A DNA stretch of 53,421 nucleotides, filler included, from Squatina squatina (taxonomy: Eukaryota): NCBI GenBank assembly GCA_031763465.1. It is 2 parts of 2 records of this genome, joined end to end, with 100 filler letters (N's around TTAATTAATTAA, not from the genome) between each part and the next. Parts side by side here need not be neighbours in the genome. Positions count along the whole stretch, not along the records: positions 24,922 to 53,421 come from JARFOE010000115.1; 1 more part is not named here. The stretch is one strand, 5' to 3'. The position numbers and the translations under genes are program-made. Each line of letters opens with the position of its first letter. Position 1 is the first letter of the stretch. Positions 47,183 through 53,421 of the stretch are shown here, piece after piece. The notes under the pieces were generated by a model. That model was not told the origin of the DNA. It saw only the letters and a list, made by a program, of their open reading frames with translations, and did not search any database.

Positions 47183-48587
47183 ACAGGACTAGCTGTGCGT
47201 GCTACACAGCCTCCATTTCTATTTCAAATTTCCAACCTTCATGTTGCGTCTTATCTCTGTTTTTTAATTTTTTTCACATTGCCTGCAAAGCCCAGACAAG
47301 AATCACTGACTCACTGGCCTGTTTTGTAGCCAAACATATTTAAACTGAACAGCACTAGAAGGAGGAACAAACTGCATCAGGAGACATAACCTGTTGTGAT
47401 CCATTAACCCAGAGGGGTCTGACGAACTAAAACAGCTTTACTGTCCTCTTAGTCATGCTGGAGACTCACAAAAGACAAGGACAACTCTCCCTCTACTGTT
47501 CAGTGGCCAAGACTGACATACACAACACATTCCTGTCGGGATGTTTCAGGGATTGAGAAATCCTGCTCTGGAACACAACCATGAAAATATCATTTTGTGC
47601 GGTGAGAAGACCCAGGATGTCATGATTGACGTGTTCTGTCTGTGAAATCTCTGAGGTTTTGAAATCTTCGCTCCTCATTTGGCTCCTTCAGCCATTTGTT
47701 CTGATGGGGCTCAGTGACCCTGATCTTCTCGCACGTTCTCTCCTCCCTTATGTAAACACAATGAATGACAGGGGTAAAGGAGCAGCAGAAACTGCACTTC
47801 ATTCAATCCCCATATGGTGTTGGTAGAGTTCTCAAAGGGCCGATTTGCATGACTCCCCCACAGTCCTGTCTTTTTCATGATAATCAATCATCCCTGGCAT
47901 TAACATCGACCATTATTTTGGCATCAATGTCATTCTCTGTTTAGAATGTTGTAGACTTGACCAGTGCCAACATCAAGGGGAGTGCTTTAATAAATCCATT
48001 GAGTGATCTCCAGCCAGGCACCCCTTGCCCTCTCCCTCCCTCCTGCTTGTTCGCTTCCAACTTCAAATCACAACTGATTCAAAACTTGCATAAATCATTC
48101 CAAATTCTTGACAACTTACTGTGTGAGGGAAGCTGAGACGAGTTCCGGGTCGAACCTTACACTTGTAAACCAGAGGGGTGGGTGGGGGGGGGGGTGGGGG
48201 TGCGGGGGCGCGGGGCGNNNNNNNNNNNNNNNNNNNNNNNNNNNNNNNNNNNNNNNNNNNNNNNNNNNNNNNNNNNNNNNNNNNNNNNNNNNNNNNNNNN
48301 NNNNNNNNNNNNNNNNNCACAAATTGTCCTGGAAATTATCTGTATCTCTCTGGTTTCTAAATTCAATCAGCCTCTTTGCAAACAAATGTTACTGTAACCG
48401 AGGCAACCATGTTTCCAAACCCTGCAGAAAAACCAAGTAAACAACACATTGTCTAGTAATGCAAACAATTAGGATTAATTGAGTTCCCTCAAGAGCTCAT
48501 TTATAGTACTTCATTCCAGCACTCACTAGAATGAAATATTATGCTGCAGTGTTTGCAGTAAATCTCATGTCTTATCTATCTTCTCAG

Positions 48588-48715
48588 GCCCAGCTCCAAT
48601 GTGTGGCACTGATCCCTGGTTTAGGGTGCAGAATCCATCAGTTCATGCAAGTTACCAACGGTGTCGCTGATATTGCAGAAAACCCTGACATATGGCATCA
48701 TCTCATGTTCTTATG
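48588..48715 (+). CDS. candidate internal exon, unidentified
   Basis: TCTATCTTCTCAG| ... TG|GTGAGG with one open frame: AQLQCVALIPGLGCRIHQFMQVTNGVADIAENPDIWHHLMFL. Confidence 0.2.
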
Positions 48716-49061
48716 GTGAGGGGGGATCTTTACTAGCTGGAAGGTATTCCGTCATTTGTCCCGTTGGCCAGTTGAACGAAGCGGCTCACAGAAAGTTAGT
48801 TGAAACAATCCCTGTTTCTCTCTGGAATTCATTTGGGAGATGACATTTAGATAAAGATGCAGAGTTCTTGGACACGAGTCAAGTGAAGGCAGCTGGAGTG
48901 AGATGATGCCCTATTATTCAGGCCTGTGCTCAGGCTGTGTGCAACCTCTGCTTTCCAAATGTCTTGATGACACAAATAATTTTTATTTGTTGTAGGGACA
49001 AAGCTTCATCCTGAGCCTTCTTCTTGAGTGTGATTGTTTCAACAACTGAATAGGCCACTCC

Positions 49062-49158
49062 AGAATCATAGAATCATAGAAATTTGCAGCACAAAAGGAG
49101 ATCATTCAGCGTGTCTGTGCCGGTCAAAAAAGAGCTATCCAGTCTAATTCCACTTTCC
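49062..49158 (-). mobile_element. CR1-type LINE 3' tail
   Basis: AGAATCATAGAATCATAGAA..CAGCACAAAAGGAG..AAAGAGCTATCCAGTCTAATTCCACT, as at 18-120. Confidence 0.65.
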
Positions 49159-49331
49159 NNNNNNNNNNNNNNNNNNNNNNNNNNNNNNNNNNNNNNNNNN
49201 NNNNNNNNNNNNNNNNNNNNNNNNNNNNNNNNNNNNNNNNNNNNNNNNNNNNNNNNNNTCATGTTTATAGCCACAGGCACGATGGGCTGAAGGTTCTCCT
49301 TCTGTGCTCTATCATTCTAATTCTATGATAC

Positions 49332-49445
49332 AGAGTGATGGATACCTGGGAGTGAGTTACAGACTGAAATCTAATCGAGGGGTTCAGATAGTTTATATAT
49401 AGAATAATGGATACCCCTGAATGAATTACAGGCTGGAATCTAATC
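49332..49445. repeat. ~69-bp tandem repeat remnant (about 1.6 units)
   Basis: ATGGATACC..GAGTTACAGACTGAAATCTAATC recurs at 49338 and 49407. Confidence 0.7.
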
Positions 49446-49955
49446 TGAATGTAAGGATGATGTCGTAACCAATGACTAATGGCTGGAATTGGACTGCAGC
49501 CTTGGAATCACTTCCTGGTATCTGGTATCTGTTAATATTTGTAATATAAACTGTTTGCGTTTAATGTGGAGTCATTTTCTTTTTGCTTTATTTTCTGGTC
49601 ATGTTTGGCACATGATGTCATCTCTTACTTCTAAACCCAGTGATCAATGCATTCCGCGACCTTGATCTGTGATGATGTTTATACAGACGAATTATCCATT
49701 GTGAAATCATTTTTTAAGAGCTTATTGATGCACAATCTGCAAATGATTACAGGCAAATTCTTAGTCTGGTTTATATTTTACATTTATTATATGGCTTATA
49801 TTAGATCTTGTTTGTACTAGTTTATCATCACAAAGCGCACTGTTTTTGAGCATCACCCCACATGTAGGGTGTGGATCACACTGGCAGCTGCTGCAGTTAC
49901 CAGCAGTTGTAACCATACTCAAGCCACTCAACAGAAGTCCACTTTAACCCTTACA

Positions 49956-50044
49956 GTGTCAGCTGTGGCTTAGTGGGTAGCACTCTCACATTTGAATCAG
50001 AAGATTGTGGGTTCGAGTCCCATTCCAGAGACTTGAGCACCAAA
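49956..50044 (+). mobile_element. DeuSINE/SacSINE1-like tRNA head
   Basis: Box A TGGCTTAGTGG and box B GGTTCGAGTCC, then CCAGAGACTTGAGCAC as in the other copies. Confidence 0.8.
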
Positions 50045-50926
50045 NNNNNNNNNNNNNNNNNNNNNNNNNNNNNNNNNNNNNNNNNNNNNNNNNNNNNNNN
50101 NNNNNNNNNNNNNNNNNNNNNNNNNNNNNNNNNNNNNNNNNNNNATTCTACCTATGTGAATGTCTCAGTATTTTGTTTTGGAGACTAAGATAGGGTGATG
50201 TGTTTTCACATATGTCAGATACCTGACTAACAAAAAAATACCCACTGATTATGGGACTGCAGAATTATAATAGAGAAAAACGAAGATGTTCTGTCTTAGT
50301 CTTGTGTATGGACGCAAACAGAGCAAGCTGGTTTGTCTGATTGGACTTTATTCATTTTTTTTTGCAGCATTCACGTGTGCAGTAGTCCCAGCTTTCAAAC
50401 GTTGACAAGAAGGGAATGGGAGCATGCAGAATAAACCTTGGCTCTACAACGTGGTAAGAAAGATTACCACTGCTTCGTATTCCTAGCACAAGGGGGTGGG
50501 GAGAAATCGCCGTGCGTCCTTGCACGATGTCCCTACGGGTCGCGGTTGAAGGGATTCCTAAGAATCCCTTCCCTAATGTAACATGATTGTTACAAGGGAT
50601 ACGGGCAGAAACTGCACCAAGTGTATGTGTAGCAGACGCCATTTAAAAATGAAGTGCCTGCGCTGTGGCTACAGCAAGAGGAATTCTTTCCTCTTTGTGG
50701 TATCAGGTTACGGTCAGATCCAAAACCAAAACTGAGTGGTTCTAAACCAAACTAAAGCAGGTATACTCTTTAACTGCTCAACTGGGGCCAAATTAGGTGA
50801 AAGAAAATACAGAGGCTTCTGCAGACATGAATGTGGCAACAAGATACAGGTTGAAATTCAGTTTGATTCGACTCCTCTCCTCGCCCTTCCCCTTTTGTAT
50901 TTTTTTGAAAAAATGATGGACATTCC

Positions 50927-51072
50927 TCATGAATGGACTCGGCTATATCCAGGCGACTGAATTTCAGTTTCAATTTGGTCGATCTCTTCTTCCTCTTCCC
51001 TTTCTATGGGCACAACATGGGTTTCCGGTCGGTAGGGTTGCTGCTCGTAACGTCCTGGTTGGAAATATGGGT
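50927..51072 (-). CDS. candidate terminal coding exon of an unidentified gene
   Basis: GTGTTTGTTATATCAG| then (D)PYFQPGRYEQQPYRPETHVVPIEREEEEEIDQIETEIQSPGYSRVHS*. About 580 nt of repeat-free putative 3'UTR leads to AATAAA (plus-strand TTTATT 50347-50352). Confidence 0.5.
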
Positions 51073-51917
51073 CTGATATAACAAACACTATAATCGGCAG
51101 CCTACCAATCCTCATTTTTAGACATGTATACAACATGTCAGGCACAAAATAAATTCTTATAACACATACATTTTATATATATATATAATTATATGCATAT
51201 TTTGATTTACATTCACCTGAAAAAGAGGCTTTTGCACAATTATACTATTTTCTAACAAAGCAGTGGGGAAGAGTAGAATCGCTTCTTTTGGTTCATTAAT
51301 AAGATTGGTAAAAACATCTTTTTCTTAAAGGAGGATTATTTTGGAACCAAAAAAGCAATAATTGCACAAAGTATAATTAACACCACATTTGTAGTGACAG
51401 GGCAGTTGAAATTGTGCTGTGCAATATTAGTAAAGGGTTGTTTAACAAAGGCATTGAACCTGCTGTTAAAATGAATTTCATCTGAATGTGTTAGCATGAT
51501 CATTACTAATACCGAACGCTACGATTTGAACTGCCATGGTTGTTAAAAAAAGATCCATTAAATGCAAATCAATAAGTTGAAGGAGAATCATTCAACAGTG
51601 ATTNNNNNNNNNNNNNNNNNNNNNNNNNNNNNNNNNNNNNNNNNNNNNNNNNNNNNNNNNNNNNNNNNNNNNNNNNNNNNNNNNNNNNNNNNNNNNNNNN
51701 NNNTAACTGCACCTCAAAAAATAATTAATTGGCTGCACAGCGCTTTGGGATGTCACCAAAAGTGCTTTATGAAAGCAATTTTGTTTCTTTCTGATCCAAA
51801 CAGCCCAACCGATATCCTTTGGCTGCTGTTGTTGTTCTTCAGGGTATCTAAGGACCAGTACTGGTACTGGCTGTCCCTGGCAAGTATCGCTGCCCGCCAG
51901 CTCATATAATGAATATT

Positions 51918-52322
51918 ATGAGGAGAGATTACATAAACTAGGCTTGTATTCCCTGGAACATAGAAAGTTATGAGGTGATCTGATTGAGGTTTTTAAGATT
52001 TTGAAAGAAACTGACAGGGTAGAGGGAGAGAGACTATTTCTGCTGGTGGGGCAGTCCAGGACAAGGGGCAATAATCTTAAAATCAGAGCCAGGCCATCCA
52101 GGAGAGAAGTTAGGAAACACCCCTTCACGTAGAAATGTGGAACTCTTTCCCCAAAAAAAGAAGTCGATTAAATTAATAATTTTAAATCTGAGATTTGCTA
52201 GCCAAGCGTATTTAAGAAGCCAAAGCAGGTGGATGGAGTTTGGATACAGATCAGCCATGATCTCATTGAATGGCGGAACAGGCTTAAGGGGCTGAACAGC
52301 CTACTCCTAGATGTTCCTATGT
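51918..52322 (+). mobile_element. CR1 LINE 3' end
   Basis: YEERLHKLGLYSLEHRKL*GDLIEVFKILK..LFLLVGQSRTRG, then the tail TTGAATGGCGGAACAGGCTT..CCTACTCC..TGTTCCTATG. Confidence 0.9.
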
Positions 52323-52357
52323 TTGCCCAAGCTGTCAATGATCGTATGTAGCTTGAA

Positions 52358-52740
52358 GTCAGGGCAGTGTCCTTGGCCCAGCCATCTTCATCAATGACCT
52401 TCCCTCCATCATAAGGTCAGAAGTGGGGATGTTCGCTGGGGATGAATGCACAGTATTCAGTTTAATTCGTAATTCGTCAGCTAATGAAGCAGTCCGTGCC
52501 CATATGCAGCAATACCTGGACAACATCCAGGCTTGGGCTGATATGTGGTAAGTAACATTCAGGCCACACAAGTGCTGGGCAATGACTATCTCCAACAAGA
52601 GAGGGTCTAAATATTTCCTGTTGACATTCAATGGCACTACCATCATTGAATCACCTACCATCAATATCTTGGGGGTCACCATTTACCAGGAACTTAACTG
52701 GATCAGCTACATAAATATTGTGACTACAACATCAGGTCAG
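52358..52740 (+). mobile_element. L2/CR1-group LINE RT fragment
   Basis: QGSVLGP..FINDLPSIIRSEVGMFA..IQAWADMW..MTISNKR..LTFNGTTIIESPTINILGVTI..LNW. Confidence 0.85.
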
Positions 52741-53245
52741 AATGTCATGGGTTGCACCAGTGAGCTTCCAGCCCTCTTCATTTTTTATCCGTCTGTAACC
52801 CTCTGTCTTGCCTATTCCATCTAGGTCACCTGTTCTCTCAGATCCTGCTTCATGTCATTCCACATTCGGCGCTCTAGATCCTCACAACCTTCCATACTGG
52901 CCCTCTCTCCCCTTTATGTCCCCTGCCAGTCTCAGATTTCATCCCAATACAACATCTGTTACCAGTTTCTGGCAAATACTCAGTTCCACACTTGGTATTT
53001 ATAATTCGATCTTCAGTTATTCTCAAATGTCACAAGCTGTCGATATATGCCCAACTGTCTTCTCCATGCAACATCAGAATCTCACTGCAGATTCATTTAG
53101 ATACCTGAGAATTTTTAGGACCGCTAGAGAATTTTGCAAGGTGTTGCGCATGGGTAGACTGGCGTCTGGAACATAGTTAGCTGTTAACCTGGCCTTTTCC
53201 ATTAAGGTTACTGTACTCGCTGTGGAAATTAAGGTTCAATTCTTG

Positions 53246-53262
53246 AGGTCAGTTAGAGGTCA
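53246..53262 (+). promoter_or_regulatory. perfect DR5 retinoic-acid response element motif
   Basis: AGGTCA-GTTAG-AGGTCA, with an extra GGTTCA half-site at 53233-53238. Confidence 0.45.
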
Positions 53263-53316
53263 ATAAATATAAATTTGGGGTTCCAAGCAAGTTGTACTCA
53301 GGATAAAATGGCTTTA

Positions 53317-53421
53317 GGGAGTGCTGCACTGTAGGAGGTGCCATCCTTCAGATGAGACTTCAAACCGAGGCCCCGTCTGCTCTCTCAGGTGGACGTGAAA
53401 GATCCCATGGCACTATTCGAA
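53317..53421 (+). mobile_element. DeuSINE-like core, runs off the window
   Basis: GGGAGTGCTGCACTGTAGGAGGTGCCATCCTTCAGATGAGAC..AAACCGAGGCCCCGTCTG..GATCCCATGGCACTATT. Confidence 0.8.

Noticed and set aside
47493-47690. Minus-strand ORF MRSEDFKTSEISQ..VFQSRISQSLKHP
   Set aside because: Weak acceptor context and no family I can support.
48175-48217. G-quadruplex-type G-runs (also 2719-2745 and 1770-1797)
   Set aside because: Simple G/C runs, mostly at contig ends where sequencing drops out. No functional evidence.
49956-50030. tRNA gene
   Set aside because: A/B boxes continue into a SINE body found many times in the window. It is a SINE head. The same applies to 41700-41786.
52808-53176. 122-aa plus-strand ORF and a coiled-coil-like antisense reading
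   Set aside because: No motifs, and the antisense frame has several stops. Possibly decayed repeat, but unassignable.

Overview
Vertebrate nuclear DNA, very probably from a cartilaginous fish (shark). This is inferred from DeuSINE/SacSINE1-type tRNA SINEs, CR1 LINE 3' tails ending in (CTATGTTT/CTATGATT)n, Penelope and RTE fragments, and a ~69-bp shark-type tandem repeat. It is not a contiguous locus. About 35 fixed 100-N gaps join ~0.5-3 kb contigs that mostly end in repeats, and an artificial NNN-TTAATTAATTAA-NNN six-frame-stop linker sits at 24822-24921. Adjacency across gaps is therefore weak evidence, and most ORF-track entries are spurious. Recognisable coding sequence: (1) a Schnurri/HIVEP gene (HIVEP2-like) on the minus strand, with a large exon at 27991-32856 (C2H2 pair, C2HC finger, PPKKKR NLS) and an SPxR-repeat exon at 25202-25988; (2) two CD109-like thioester-protein exons on the plus strand (36842-37018, 37583-37739); (3) a 17-codon heat-shock-factor N-terminus ([17 protein letters not shown]) embedded out of frame in the HIVEP exon; (4) a few unidentified candidate exons. 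I found no convincing new biological system. The strangest signals (HSF start inside HIVEP, LINE RT fused to the 5' side of the HIVEP frame) are most simply assembly chimeras but are testable. The intact C2HC finger in a HIVEP2-like protein, a full-length decayed 5S rRNA copy and a perfect DR5 element are the best genuinely biological leads. Family assignments are from memory of consensus motifs, not database searches, and repeat boundaries are approximate.
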